A stretch of DNA of 64,000 bases. Origin: Octopus vulgaris. Lineage: Eukaryota. The stretch lies in the NCBI GenBank assembly GCA_951406725.2, contig OX597826.1, positions 32,302,001-32,366,000 on the forward strand, written 5' to 3'. The translations under genes were made by a program, and so were the position numbers. The notes beneath the pieces were generated by a model, which saw only the letters and a list, made by a program, of their open reading frames with translations, searched no databases and was not told where the DNA came from. This document shows, one piece after another, positions 12,955-26,271 of the stretch; the first letter of the stretch is position 1; each line of letters begins with the position of its first letter.

Positions 12955-13979
12955 GCATATGTATATATATGCATATGTATATAACATATATATATACGTA
13001 TGTATATAATATATATATATAATTTGGACATTTTGTATATACATCATTTGGTTAGTGTGTTTAGATTATTCTCAAAGTGGGTACTTGTGGTCATTATGTC
13101 TATATAATTTGTACATGTCTACAGAATTTGGATTACATGTTTATATAACATTAATGATTTATTTTTGGAGAATTACAGTCGTTACATTTGGAGACGTCAA
13201 TGGTGAGTTTTAAATAACTCCACAGTCGTAGATTCTTCACTTTGATATAACATAAGAGAAAAAAAAGCATGCAGAGTAAAAATATAGTCGAGACAATCAA
13301 CAAATGTCGGCAGCTGAAATATGGTAGTGTTGTATTGAAATATGTCAAGGTAATGTATTAGAGATTTAAGCTGCATATTACAGTAATAATCTATTGTGAT
13401 AAAATGTAATGGCATAAAAAAAAAGAAGAAACAGAGTGAAGTAGGATACTAAGTAATGTGTTGGTATTTTTATGTATCATGTTTGAATGTTTTCCATTTG
13501 GATAAATATATATATGTGTGTGTATATATCTGGTTATGTGGTGTGTGTATCTTTATATCTATGAATGAATGTGTAATGGCACATACTAAATTCTTCAATG
13601 CCCATTCTTCACGACCAGTATTTGTTTGATGGCATCTTTTCTGAGGCTCTATTTTACAGTCAGATTCCCCTTCTTGTCTCCAACTCATGCCTGTTTCACA
13701 ATTAAAAGATTTTCTTTTCTTTTTACCCCAGAGGGTTTTTGAAAGCCCAGAATGACTAGTTTTAATGTCAAGAAGGATTGTAAAAAGACCATATCACTGA
13801 TGATGGTCATGAGCGAAGTTGTGTGATGTCCCTGTTCATGTCCATTCATGCACACACGCACATGCATAGAGGCATATACACATATATAAATATGCACGTG
13901 CTCATAAATACTTGAGGTTGAGTCAGAAAGTACTGCACTTCTTATTTGTATTAATATTTTGGCCCACCCTTGTATATAT

Positions 13980-14200
13980 GTCATCTTCATCATCAACATT
14001 TAACATCCATTTTCCATGCTGTCATGGGTTGGACGACTTCACAGGAGCTGGCAAGGCCAGGGGCCACAGCAGGTTCCATAGTTTGTTTTGGCTTGGTTCC
14101 TGCAACTGAATACTCTTCCTAATGCCAACCACTCTAGAGAATGTACTAGGTGATTTTCACGTGGCACCAGCATCCACACCAATGCTTTTTTATGTGCCAT
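13980..14200 (-). mobile_element. Family B element
   Basis: TTTAACATCCATTTTCCATGCTGTCATGGGTTGGACG tail and CTTCCTAATGCCAACC block. Confidence 0.75.
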
Positions 14201-14357
14201 TTTGGGTTTAGGATCTCAATTCTGTTGTGGTGGACTATATAATTGATAATCTGGTCAGTGATGGCAGGCAATATTGTAATGTGAAGTTTGCCTCAAATGG
14301 TTTATAGCGTTGGTGGTGAGGACCGTTGCGATATATGAAAGTGGGAGTAACAAGGAA

Positions 14358-14365
14358 TGATAATA

Positions 14366-14421
<56 letters not shown>

Positions 14422-14620
14422 GTTGTAGAAGTAGTAGCAGCAGTGGTAATAGTAGCAGTAGTAGCAGCAGCATTAGCAGCAAAAGTAGTGGCATTAGCAG
14501 CAGCAGCAGTAGTAGTAGTAGTAGTAGAAAAAGAAGAAGAAGAAAAAGAAGAAAATGGTGGTGATGATGATAATGTTGTTGATGATGATGATGAAGAAGA
14601 ATTAGAAGAAGATGATGAAT
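14358..14620. repeat. Compound trinucleotide microsatellite (AAT)n-(AGT/AGC)n-(AAG)n-(GAT)n
   Basis: Directly visible; explains the homopolymeric ORFs. Confidence 0.9.
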
Positions 14621-14689
14621 AAGAAACCAAGCCAATGTAATATATAATATATATTTATACATCATTTAAGTAGAACTGTATACCCTCAT

Positions 14690-14876
14690 CTACATTGGTC
14701 ATTCTACAGGGGTTAACGGTGTAAGAGAATATCAATGGCCTTTGTTGTCTGTTATAGAAGATCTGAGTATCTGTACATGGGTAGGTCCCCTTGAAGTAGC
14801 AGGTCTGGGTAAAGAGCTTTTGTGAAACTCTAGCAATTGTCCAGGACATATAAATTTCACCTCTAACTGATGCCAA
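14690..14876 (-). pseudogene. Decayed non-LTR (CR1/L2-like) reverse transcriptase N-terminal relic
   Basis: GEIYMSWTIARV...KG and frameshifted DN/RP/SLT/NPCRM resemble GEIPxxWKxAxVxPxFKKG...NYRPISLTSVPCK. Confidence 0.5.
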
Positions 14877-15399
14877 TGTTGTCTAAGAGAAAGGCAATCT
14901 CAGTATGAATTGGTACCAGTGTAGTTGAATGCACTATGGACAGATCTCAAAGAGCAACAGCAAATATCTGAAAGTATTCTGTCTAATGCTTTAAGAATTC
15001 TACCAATTCCATTTCCTACTGAATTGGTATTTTGACATGGATGAGATTTGAACTCAATACTAACAGACACAGGTGCCACAAGACACTCAATATAATGCGC
15101 TAACAGCTCTACCAAATCACTGCCAAAACTTGCAGACTTCAAAAATCTTGTTTTACTTAACAAAATTATTAATTCTTTGGTTATTTTTGTACTTGACTGA
15201 TTGCTTACAATTGATTGCCAGGAATGGCTTTAAATGTTTATCTGGCATCGGTCTGGAACCATCCCAAAATATAGAACACCCTACATCTAACTGTCAAAGA
15301 ATTCACTTTTTTAGAAAACTATTTTCATGGACTCTGATATTTTATTTTCTCAATTCAGACATTCGTGGAGTATGCTTTGATGAGTCAATGAGGGGACTT

Positions 15400-15672
15400 C
15401 TACATGGTCATGTAATCTGCTAGACGTAGAGACTCCATCTTGTATCTTTGTCTGATCAGTGCAAGCATGGAAAAGTAGGTGTTAAAAGGAGAATGAGAAA
15501 GACCTTCCTCAAAGAACAGTCTACCAACTTTAGAAAAGGACACACTGTATCATGTGGTCTGGGACTCACAATGATTGGCAAAAAAAAAGGTAAAATACGA
15601 AATGGTCATGGCTGGAATGTCTATTGTTATACATTTGCTTGGACAAGGCCAGCATAGGGTTAACCAAACAAT
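15400..15672 (+). mobile_element. Interspersed repeat family H
   Basis: CTGCTAG...GGACACACTGTATCATGTGGTC...ATGGTCATGGCTGGAATG is shared with 41745-41925 and 59015-59160. Confidence 0.5.
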
Positions 15673-15727
15673 GACTACACTTAATTTGGTAAGAGAGAGA
15701 AAAAAGATAGACAGGCAGATAGAGGGA

Positions 15728-15735
15728 GTAGTAGT

Positions 15736-15797
<62 letters not shown>

Positions 15798-15800
15798 CAA
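15728..15800. repeat. (AGC)n/(AGT)n microsatellite
   Basis: Directly visible. Confidence 0.9.
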
Positions 15801-16199
15801 CAGTGCAACATAAATGAGTCATCATTATTGTCATCTTTATCATTTTCTTGCCCATCATCAGCAGCATTGTTTCAGGTTTGATAGTTTCTGTCCTTGCGAT
15901 AAATGCTTAACTAATGCAACAGCATGGATGGAGAAAGCAAAAGCAATGAGAGAGAGGTGAGAGGAATAGTGTAACAAAAGTCAGGGAAAGAAAAAACCCA
16001 ATTAAAACAATAATTACAGACGTATATGCAATTAGAATAGCTAATTGTGTAAAAATGTTTTAAAAATAATTACCTTTTATGCGAAATCATTGAAAATGGA
16101 CATCTTACCTGAAAAATAAAGAAAAGAAAACTGTTTATTATATTACAAATATTAATTGGCATGAAAATAACAACAGCAATATAAAACAGTGTTTATAGT

Positions 16200-16254
16200 A
16201 ATGATGAAGATGATGATGAGGATGATGATGATGATGATGATGATGAGAATGATG

Positions 16255-16312
<58 letters not shown>

Positions 16313-16466
16313 GGATGATGATGAGGATGATGAAGATGATGATGAGGATGATGATGAGGATGATGAGGATGATAAGGGTGATGATGATGATGATGATGAG
16401 GAGGAGGAGGAGGAGGAGGAGGAGAAGGAGGACGACGATGATGATGATGATGAGGATGATGATGAT
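16200..16466. repeat. Long (ATG)n/(AGG)n microsatellite
   Basis: Directly visible; source of the poly-M/H/S ORFs. Confidence 0.95.
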
Positions 16467-17074
16467 GGGAGAAAATAGAATTGGTTGGAGCTGAAATGGT
16501 AATAAAGATGCCGTTTGATAACACCATCATTACCGGTGACAGAGGTAGCACTAATATACATTTTGATGGTCATTCCGTTATCATAAACGATGGTAAAGGA
16601 GGTTTGCTGATCACAGAGGTGGTGTTAACTGTTGAAATTGTTTTTAGCTAATTTCTGTAATGTTGTCATCGTTCTTTTACAGTCTTTATTGTTCTGGACA
16701 GAGGGTAATGAAAAGATATGTTATCTAGGATATGATAAAAAAAAAAGAAAAGAAAAGAAGAAAAAAACCCAAAGCAACCCCAAAAAGCAAATAAATGTCA
16801 AGATCAATCATAGTTGCAGTAATTGTGATATTAAGTTCCGAAATAACGATAACATATTCTAAAATATTTAAACGACACTTAACATTGTCCAGATGAGCTT
16901 ACATCTAACAAGGGTGGCTACCTTTCATGTGGATCCAACTGTCATTTCAGTTCCAAACTTGAAAGAAATATTTGATGAGATACTAACTTATATTGTTCTA
17001 TATTAACTTAATATTAACTTATTTTAACTTAATATTAACTTATAAGAATAAAAATCTTTAAAATAAATGTTTCC

Positions 17075-17172
17075 TTTTTGAGCCATGCCAGGCTCATAAG
17101 GGCCAGTTTCCCAGTTTCAGTGGCGCATATATTTCCCACCTGGATGGGACGCCAGTCCCTTGCAGGGTTACA
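17075..17172 (-). mobile_element. SINE 3' fragment with V-domain-like block
   Basis: Reverse complement AACCCTGCAAGGGACTGGCGTCCCATCCAGGTGGG resembles, from recall, the CCTGCGATGGACTGGCGTCCCGTCCAGG block of V-type SINEs. A related tail occurs at ~44375-44420. Confidence 0.45.
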
Positions 17173-17411
17173 TTTAAACCCTTGCTGGGTTACATATTTA
17201 AATGTATTTTGCAGTACTATCTGATACAACCCCTAATAAACTAATAATTGTTTTTGACTCAAACCTAAAGCCTTAGATTTGAGGAAGAGGTTGTATATTA
17301 AACTAACATTCAGTACTTGACTGGTACTTTATTTTATTGATCCTTACCTTCCCCCCACCAAAAAGAAAGAGTACAAAAAGAATCAGTCACCTTGCTAACA
17401 TAACTAGTATG

Positions 17412-17628
17412 GAAAGGCAGGGAGAGCTGGCAGAAACATTAGCACGCCGGGTGAAATGCTTAGCAGTATTTTGTCTGCCTTTACATTCTTAGTTCAAATT
17501 CTGCCAAGGTCAACTTTGCTTTTCATAATTTCAGGGTGATAAATTAAGTACCAGTTGCGTACTGGGGTCGATCTAATCGACTAGCCCCCTCTCCAAAAAT
17601 TTCAGGCCTTATGCCTAGAGAAGAGAAG
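17412..17628 (+). mobile_element. Full-length SINE family A (tail type 1) with 15-bp TSD
   Basis: AACATAACTAGTATG at 17397-17411 and 17629-17643; A-box-like head GAGCTGGCAGAAACATTAG and B-box AGTTCAAATTC. Confidence 0.92.
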
Positions 17629-17930
17629 AACATAACTAGTATGAGTACAAAGCAGTGAGCTGGTAGAATTGTTAGCAGACCAGATGAAAGGCTTAGTAAC
17701 AGAAATGGTAACAAACTGGACAAGATGCCTAGTGGCATTTCATCCATCTTTATGTTCTGAGTTCAAATCCTGCTGAAAGTAAACCATATTCAGCACGAGA
17801 AATGACACCAGTATACAAAGTTTCAAACTGTTTAGTTAAAAAAAAATAATTAAAAATATCTGTGAACCAAACTGAAGAGATCTGCAAAATTCCCTAACCA
17901 TGAAACCACACACATTCACACAAACACAAA

Positions 17931-17964
<34 letters not shown>

Positions 17965-17989
17965 GAGATAGATATCTATACATATATAT

Positions 17990-18147
17990 CATGGGCTTCT
18001 TTCAATTTCAATCTGAAATTCACTTACAAGGCTTTGGTTGGCCTGGGGCTATAGTAGAAGGCATTTGCCCAAGGTACCATGCAGTAGAACTGAACCCAAG
18101 ACCATAAGGTTAAGAAGCAAACTCCTTAACCAAACAGCTATGCCTGT
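17990..18147 (-). mobile_element. SINE family C 5' half
   Basis: Matches the family C head and core; adjacent (CA)n. Confidence 0.75.
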
Positions 18148-18287
18148 TCTATAAGTGCGTGTGTGTGTGTGGGCGGAAGTGGAGGAATAAGTGTGAATAC
18201 ATTTCTCTTGTATGTTTTGTTTTCTGTTTAACTGATTTATTTCTTTTAGCACAATCAACATTATGAGATTTTTAATAGAGATGATGA

Positions 18288-18318
<31 letters not shown>

Positions 18319-18442
18319 ATGATAAGTTGCAGACTTAATATTGAAATAATCAGATAACAAACCAATCATTTTGGAAAAAACGAAAAACAAAAAAACTGAA
18401 CGTTAAAAAAAGGTAAATTTAGTTATTCAGCTATCTTATTAA

Positions 18443-18664
18443 AGTAAAGGCTATTTGCCAACATAATGTGGCTGTCCTGGAAAGGACAATTATTACTGTT
18501 GTTTAGCCCCAGGAAACATAGTTTCCAGCTGGCTATATGATACAATATCTGTGTCCTATTTTCGAATAGGGAGCCCAGTACCCCCATCCAGCACAAAGGG
18601 CTACACCACAGTAAGAATCCCCCCATCCAGGACAGCCACATTATGTTAGAGAATAGCCTTTACT
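18443..18664. mobile_element. Kolobok-like MITE with TTAA TSD
   Basis: TTAA|AGTAAAGGCTATT...AATAGCCTTTACT|TTAA, with ~39-bp TIRs. Interior resembles 2550-2802. A TTAA TSD with RR...YY termini fits Kolobok. Confidence 0.8.
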
Positions 18665-18871
18665 TTAAAGAACTGTTTTTGAGGACTTTTCAATGACTAA
18701 TACATTCTAATACGTGATTTCATTTTTCTTAGTAATCACTGATAGAAAATTTGGACATGTTAGCTTCAGTAAAACCTAGAACACCAGAGGGGAGTAAATT
18801 CAGTAACGATTGCAACTCAAGACAGAAGGTTCAGTGATTTCTTAAACACCAGAATGGATTATCTTCCTTAA

Positions 18872-19099
18872 TCCTTTAACATTTAAACTGGCCATATCCA
18901 GCCCAAATATCCTATGCTTTATATTTTTTTATATTTAAACTAGCCAGATCTGGTCTCTTGCACCTACCCTACAATGCCATTCTAAAACCGAACAATCACA
19001 TCATTGAAATCTCAAATCTACGAGATAATGCATATTTAATTCAAAACAATGTAAATAAATAAGCATTACATTTGTCAGAGTAATCTGAATGCTTAAGGG
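18872..19099. mobile_element. piggyBac-like MITE with TTAA TSD
   Basis: TTAA|TCCTTTAACATTTA...TGAATGCTTAAGGG|TTAA; second copy at ~33474-33692. Confidence 0.7.
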
Positions 19100-19109
19100 T
19101 TAATCCCTG

Positions 19110-19310
19110 ATAAAACAGGGGGGAGTAACTGTAGTAGCATCTAAAGCAGCAGAGGGGAGTGGCTTCCGTGATGTCTGAAATACCTGGGTAGCAACTACTA
19201 CCGTGAAACACAAGCAAAATGGATAAATACAAAGGTTCGCTAATTTTCTTTAGTCATTGGATATGTTCCAAAGGAGGAAGCAGATGATGGTGGCACTGTA
19301 CAATGGTAAG
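19110..19310 (+). pseudogene. Decayed RTE-clade LINE endonuclease relic
   Basis: GGVTVVASKAA then NTKVR*FSLVIGYVPKEEADD...W resemble the RTE APE motifs GVGI...LTIIxxYAPTNEADEE..W. Contains stops and a frameshift. Confidence 0.45.
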
Positions 19311-20365
19311 TTTAAATATGGTTTCAGATTCGAAGTGAAGATTATGGTTCATTGATAGGTGTATAGAGTCATCTGATGTTGATGTGTATTTAACGTTGGT
19401 ATTTAAATACTGCCATTAGTCTAATGTATTGTTCCGTTACCCAAGATTAGCAATCATTCTACAATGATGTTTGAAATAGATTTAGTACCAACTCTCCCAC
19501 AACTCTCCTATGTTTTTTTTTCTGTTTTGGTTTGCTATTAATGAAAAAGAAGTGTTTCATTTGCTATGGCCATGTTATGTGTACAAATAAACGTGGTTGA
19601 AAATAGCTGAGTTATGTTGCAATAAAGTTCAATTCTCATTGTCTCATATTCCCTGGTGAGATCTGAATGACATCAAGAAACCATTATTCTTGGAGGGAAA
19701 GGATTGCATCTACTTGCCATAACAATCTACTATGACTTACTTTGATGCCATTTCAACTTGCTTCATATTTACACATTCCTCATCACTGCAGCATCATGTA
19801 GAAATGCATATACAGATGTTTGCAAGGATAAAAATAAATCAACGAAATTGACTAACCATGGGATGATGCAAATAATATATAAAAAGCTGAACTAAACCAT
19901 TTCCTCTCAAAGTATAATGTTAGCTTTCTGAAGATAATTCACACCATGGCATTTAGTATGGTAGTTGAATACCTTCAACAATTCCATAAAATAATGCTTC
20001 CATTTTCCTCTCTGTAACTTAGAGATGATGGACAACGTTAGTATTGTTTATGTTTGATCAGAGAATAAACCAAATCAAAAACTATGGAAAGGACTCAATG
20101 TTGATAAGCCAAGTGGATTTTATAACATATATTAGTTGTAAGTTAATTGCAATTAGCTTTCAGTTAATATCCTTAAAGCTTGCTTAGATGTCACTCATAA
20201 ACAAGTGATAATCTGGTAGCCTGATGTACCATGCTTTTACAAATTGCTTTAGGTAGTTGTGTAGCTGCAAACAGATAGAAACACCTACTCAGCACCCACC
20301 CCCCATCCTTAACACAATGGAACATTAATGATGTGTTAGTTGGAGAAAGAGAGAAAGAGAGAGAG

Positions 20366-20400
<35 letters not shown>

Positions 20401-20660
20401 AACACAAGCATTAGGCTAGGACACATTTTTAGCAGAGTAAATTGGTGCCATTACCCAAAGACAGAATGTGCCACTTGGTTCAGGAATTGAACTGATGACC
20501 TAACTCTCAGGACCTCAGAACCCTTTCACTTTTATAGCTCAAAGCCTTTGCTTCTCATTCTTCTGGGACCAGTAGCATAAAGTACCACAGTCAATTTAAT
20601 ATTCTTTGAAACATCAATGATGAGAATAGAATTATAATAGAAGAATTTCTCAATATTCCT

Positions 20661-20888
20661 GGTGAACTGGCAGAATCATTAGCATGCTGGGTGAAATGCT
20701 TAGCGGTATTTTGTCTACCGTTATGTTCTGAGTTCAAATTCCACTGAGGTTGACTTTACCTTTCATCCTTTCAGGGTCAATTAAATAAATACCAGTTATG
20801 CACTGGGGTCGATGTAATCGACTTAATCTCTTTTTCTGTTCTTGTTTATCCCCTCTATGCTTAGCTCCCTGTGGGCAATAAAGAAATA
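20661..20888 (+). mobile_element. Full-length SINE family A (tail type 2)
   Basis: Head, core and tail 2 present; AATATTCCT(GG) duplicated at 20652 and 20889. Confidence 0.88.
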
Positions 20889-21779
20889 AATATTCCTGGC
20901 TCTTCAATTAGCGTACCTCTTGTAAGGCAGCAATGAAGATGTGTTCCATTGGATCTAAAAACAGTTTTGAAGGTATATTGACCACTGTATGTTGTATCAT
21001 TTCAACCAGAACCTCAAGTCTCTCTACAATAAAGCAAAAAAAGTAACTGTAGAGCCTGAATATATCTCTACCTTATCCCTAAATGTCATAGTAGGAATCA
21101 GATATTTTCGTTAGACTTTTCTTCACACTGTACACACGAAAGAACATTTTCATTTTAATTAATTATTTTCTGGGAGTGGAATGACATGATTGGGCATAGT
21201 TGTTTGGATGTTGACAATTTGGCTGACTGGTCATTCAGCTTGGTTTGGTGATGGCACATTTTGGTGGCGGAGACAGACAGACAGACACACACACATACAC
21301 ATATGCATGTTGGGATGCATTCCAGTATTAATTTGTTAAATATGTTGACAAATGGAAGTTGATGATTATTGCACCACCATCACCACCCCACCACCACCAC
21401 CACAACCACCAATACCATCAACACCACTACTAGCACCATCAACACCACGTCATAATAAATTTTATGCTCTAGCATGGCCATGATCAAAATGGCTAAGAAC
21501 AAATTAAAGAACTAATAAAAGATCAATTCAATCAATCAGTAACTAATCAACAATAAACGCATTGTAGAAATGCTAATCCTATCTGATGGCCAACCAAATG
21601 GATGGTGCTAAAATATTGCTAGAAGCACTTTTACCATTCTGAAGAAAAGCTGAAATTATTCACAATTTATCAATTTATCAAATTCATTTAGTGAGATTCA
21701 TTAAATGAATAAAAAATTATTTTTCAAATGCAGCTTGAAACTTTAGCTGCGATATCATATCTTTGGCATCATATCCACT

Positions 21780-21938
21780 TTGTGTTTATATGTGTGTGTG
21801 TGTGTATATATATAAATTGCATATGTCTGTATATATATGTGTGTGTGTGACTAATATATGACTATTGCATATATAACATATCTATTCATGTACATATGCA
21901 TATGTATATGTAATATGTGTATATATATTGTATGTATG

Positions 21939-21978
<40 letters not shown>

Positions 21979-22144
21979 TGGATAGATAGAGAGAGAGAGA
22001 TAGAGAGATAGAGAGATAGAAAGATAAATATAATCACACACATATATATGTGTGTATATATAAACACACAGATGCACACAAATATATGTGTGTGTATGTG
22101 TGTATATATTCATGTATATATATATATCTATATATATTTATATA

Positions 22145-22207
<63 letters not shown>

Positions 22208-22300
22208 ATATATACATTCACATACATATATATGCATGTGTTTCAGTATGTATGCATGTTTATCTCAGTGTGTACATTTGGTGTGGTGTGTGTGTGTCTA
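21780..22300. repeat. Compound (TA)n/(TG)n/(AG)n microsatellite region
   Basis: Directly visible. Confidence 0.9.
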
Positions 22301-23494
22301 CTTTTAATTCTACAATATAATATTGATGCCCATAATATCATATATGGAAATCTTCCATTTAATACCAAACATTTTGTCTTGCTAATGAACTTAACAGACA
22401 CATTTATTAAAATTCAGATCAATTACAAAAAAACATTGATTTAATTTTTAATTTGGCATAATAACAAAGAATGGAAAAAAAAAAAAAGAAAACAACAAGC
22501 ATAAAAACAACAAGAACCGTCCTTTAAATCAACTGAAACATTTCATGCTTCTGAATCTGATAGTTATCTACTTTGATATCTGTCTAACTCATATACTCCA
22601 ACGTTGGTACACACATGCAAAGTCGTTGTAATTTCATAATTTTGGTTCTGTCATTTTTTTTTTTTTAATTTAAATTAAAAAAATTTTTTTTTTTGTTTTT
22701 ACTGACAGGAAATTTTCAAATTCATGATGTTTATAAAAAGTTGAAAAAAAAAAACCAAAAAAAAAGAAGGAAAAATTTCATCAATATTCTATAGATTTCT
22801 CAATGTGTAAAAACTTAGACGAGCAGAAATACTAAACTGAAATAATATGCTGCCGTTCGTGAGGTGTATTATTAGACTTGTAGAGTTACGAGGTAGCGTA
22901 CAATAACAGAAATTAGAGATATCTTACAAATTAGAGCCATTGATTAGAAAAATAAAACCAAAAGTACCTGAAAAGCAAAGGAAAAAAACAAACAAAAATT
23001 GTATAACTATCTTTAGAGTCAATTTTTTTATTTATAATTTCTAAAAAGTATAATAAAATTTTTAAAAAAATAATGAAATTATTTTATTTGTAACATAAAA
23101 TCAATTTTAAAAACTGAAATATTTAAATATTTTATCAAAAATAAATAGAGATGAGAGATGAAGGTGATAGTAAAATAGCTGCTACTTCTCATGTTGAGGA
23201 AATCTCAACTGAGTTTCTTTTGAGATATGTAAATATTATCACATGTATATGATCTAAATAATGCTGAATATGTTTGTGTTATGTTATTTACATATTTGAA
23301 GTTTATTTGCAATAAAATGCTAGAATCTATTACATGAAATGTCATCAGTGAGTTTTTGTTATATTTATTTACTGTCTATGTTTGTTTGTTTTTTTTATTT
23401 AGATTTCTGCTAAAAATAAACAAGCGAAGTGGTTGAACGGAGAAGGTCTTTGATGAAAAACTTACAGAACTTCAGTTCACTTATCCTTTATTGT

Positions 23495-23705
23495 TTCTTT
23501 TTATCTTTTGCTTGTTTAATTCATTACACCGTGGCTATGCTGGGGCTGTGTCTCGAAAGAGTTTTAGTCAAATCAGGTGCCTATTCTATCTGTCCCTCTT
23601 GTGAAACTGCCAAGTTACATGGATGTAAACAAACCAAGACCACTTGTCAAGTAGTGGGCAAGGATAAACAACACAAATACCAAGACACACAGACAGACAC
23701 AAACA
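23495..23705 (-). mobile_element. SINE family C 3' half
   Basis: Matches the reverse complement of the 3' half of the 52564-53003 copy. Confidence 0.65.
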
Positions 23706-24134
23706 TATATGTATATAATATTAATATTCATATATAAATCTATCTATCTATCTATCTATCTATCTATGTATCTATACATACATATATATTTATATAGTAT
23801 TTCGGGATGGTCATTTTTTTTGTTCTTGCCAAATAAACACACACACTGTTTATTTGTTCTTCACTCATTTATTACAGTTCTTATTGTGACTCATGTCCAT
23901 TGTCTGGAAATCTTTTGTCACATATCTGTGTGAATAAAATCGTTTTTATTCACACAAATATGCAACCGAAGAGTTTAAAGTACCAGTAATGATAAGGCTG
24001 TTGACTGGGAGAACACGAACATGGTTTAAACTGTAAGCTTGGCAGGAAAGAAATGTGCCTTTAAGCAGTACAAAAACAACAAGAAATGGAAGGTGCAGTT
24101 ATGTACAGGTTGATGGAAGAAAAGCAGGACAAAA

Positions 24135-24310
24135 ACGGCTTTATCGATCACATTATCACCTGGAATTGATTTTTGTAATTTTTTTAAGACTTATACATGC
24201 CCTAATACCGTCGGTATCTACATATCAAATTTGAGCGCAATTGGATGGTGGATGCCCGAGATCCTAGAAGACACACACACAGGTAGACAGAACAGATCTT
24301 ATATAAGAGA
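24135..24310 (+). mobile_element. Possible non-autonomous Helitron/Helentron-type 3' end
   Basis: CAAATTTGAGC...GATCCTAG, then an (AC)n/ACAG tract, then TTATATAAGAGAT. This recalls HINE/DINE-like ends; locally CpG-rich. Confidence 0.35.
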
Positions 24311-26038
24311 TGGTCCGCTGAAAGTTACAAATTGACAACTTCAGAAAAGATGACCAGAGAGGAAAGAAACTTCAGTGGGATGCTAGTTGGGCAGGAAGGA
24401 CTGGGAGGGGTTAGTACCAAAGCTTAGAAAGTTTGATATCATGTAAGTGATCATAGAAGGAAAGATGAGTCAGTCAGGAGTTTCTGAATAGAGGTGACAC
24501 AAGACCAGTAGGCTCTGAGAAGCTGAAACCATTATAATAGTACTAAGACAAAAACAACAACAACATAAAAAAAATGTAAAAGCAGAGATAAGATAGAGTA
24601 TGTCTATGGATCAAAGGGTGAAGTGTGTCTGTAAGTGACTTAATGTTGGTCAAGTGGCTTTTTTTCTGGATTCAGCTTAAGATGTCCTTATGTGCAGCAG
24701 CAGCAGCAGCAGTGGGAGAAACAGATTGAGACAGTTCTGCTATGATACTCATATCTAGACAGGTCTGAGACATTTTGGCACAGTTTTTTGGTGTTGTTTA
24801 TTTGATTCTGTTTTGAATTATTTGATATCAGACATTTTACTGTTTCTCTCATTCTTTCTCTCTGTCTTTGTCTGTCTGTCCGTCTCTGTGTCTGTCTGTC
24901 TGTCAGTCTGTTTCCCTCTCTCTCTCTCTCTTCCTCCCTATTTATGTATGTCAGCATTTTTGTCTTTATGAGTATGGTGAGAGTGAAAAAGTTTATATCA
25001 ATCATGTTCAATTAATAAATTGTAATCTCTCTCCTCCATCTTCTCTCTTTCGTTTTATGCATGTGAACATATTTCTCTGTGTGTATAAAGGAAAGAAAAT
25101 ATTTGTTAATCTTGTTCAATTAATAAATTTTAATCTCTCTCTCTCTCTCTCTCTTTCTGTCTTTGTGTGTATACTTTTGCTCACTTGTCCACAAGTCCAT
25201 GCCAGCAATTTTTAGTGAGCAAGGGGTTAGCTGATAGCATTAGCCCAATATATGACTGGTACTTTATTTCATAGACATCCCTCCAACCCACCACCCAGAG
25301 GGATGAAAGGCGAAGTTGATCACAGAGGGTTTTGAATAATTGGAATGGAGCCGGAAAGGGAGATAAAGATGGTGGTAAGTCGGTGTCGATGTGGGAACTG
25401 GGGACAGGAAAATAGGGAGGGTGTGTGAGTAGAGTTGCATGAGTGTATGGAGGGAGTGAGGAATGGTTAGAGACAGGGTATGAGTGAGGTGGGACAAATA
25501 TATTGAACAATAAACAAAGGTTGAGTGAGGAGTGTTGGTGGTAGTGGTTTTGGTCAATGTTAAATATAAGCTGAAGGGAAGGTAGTGGAGAGTAGGTGAT
25601 GACTGGACAGTAGAGATTGGGTGGGGTTGAGGACTGAAAATATTTCTAAATTAGGCAAGTAAAGTGAATGGGAAAAAATAGAATAGATGGGAAGTCTTTT
25701 AGCGTTAAGAATGAATATATTTCTATAAGATGAAATGTAATCTTTGATGGAATGGTTGGAAAACAAATTTTAAATGCTCCATATGTGCTGGAGTAGCTGG
25801 TAATAAAAGCAGACATTATTTGAGATTTCAAGTAGTTTGCAGGAATCTAAAAGAGATGAAAGTTCAGGGAAATCACTCAATGAAACAATAAGAACATAAG
25901 AATGGTTGGTATAGTGTATTAGATATGTAAATTTTAACATACAGAGAAGGCAGACATATACATACATATTTGTATGCTATGTGTGTTGTGTGTATGCACG
26001 TACATGAATGTACACACATATATATATGCTTATATGTG

Positions 26039-26099
<61 letters not shown>

Positions 26100-26271
26100 G
26101 TATACATATATATATATGTATACATATATATATATATATGTTTATAGTCATATGTATATATATGAATATATATATAAATGTAAGTATGTGTATACACACA
26201 TGCACACATGCACACAGATACACACATACATATTTAGTAACAACTGTTTGATAAAAGAGTACTCAATACCA

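Noticed and set aside
19254-19305. 52-nt plus-strand coding exon (TAG...|GTAAGT)
   Set aside because: The peptide IGYVPKEEADD and its upstream sequence are better explained as an RTE endonuclease relic, although exonisation cannot be excluded.
22889-22910. let-7-like GAGGTAG seed
   Set aside because: The remainder does not match let-7 and no precursor hairpin is evident.
25300-25870. Purine-rich stretch as a LINE 3' relic
   Set aside because: The strand skew is suggestive, but no diagnostic motif could be read with confidence.
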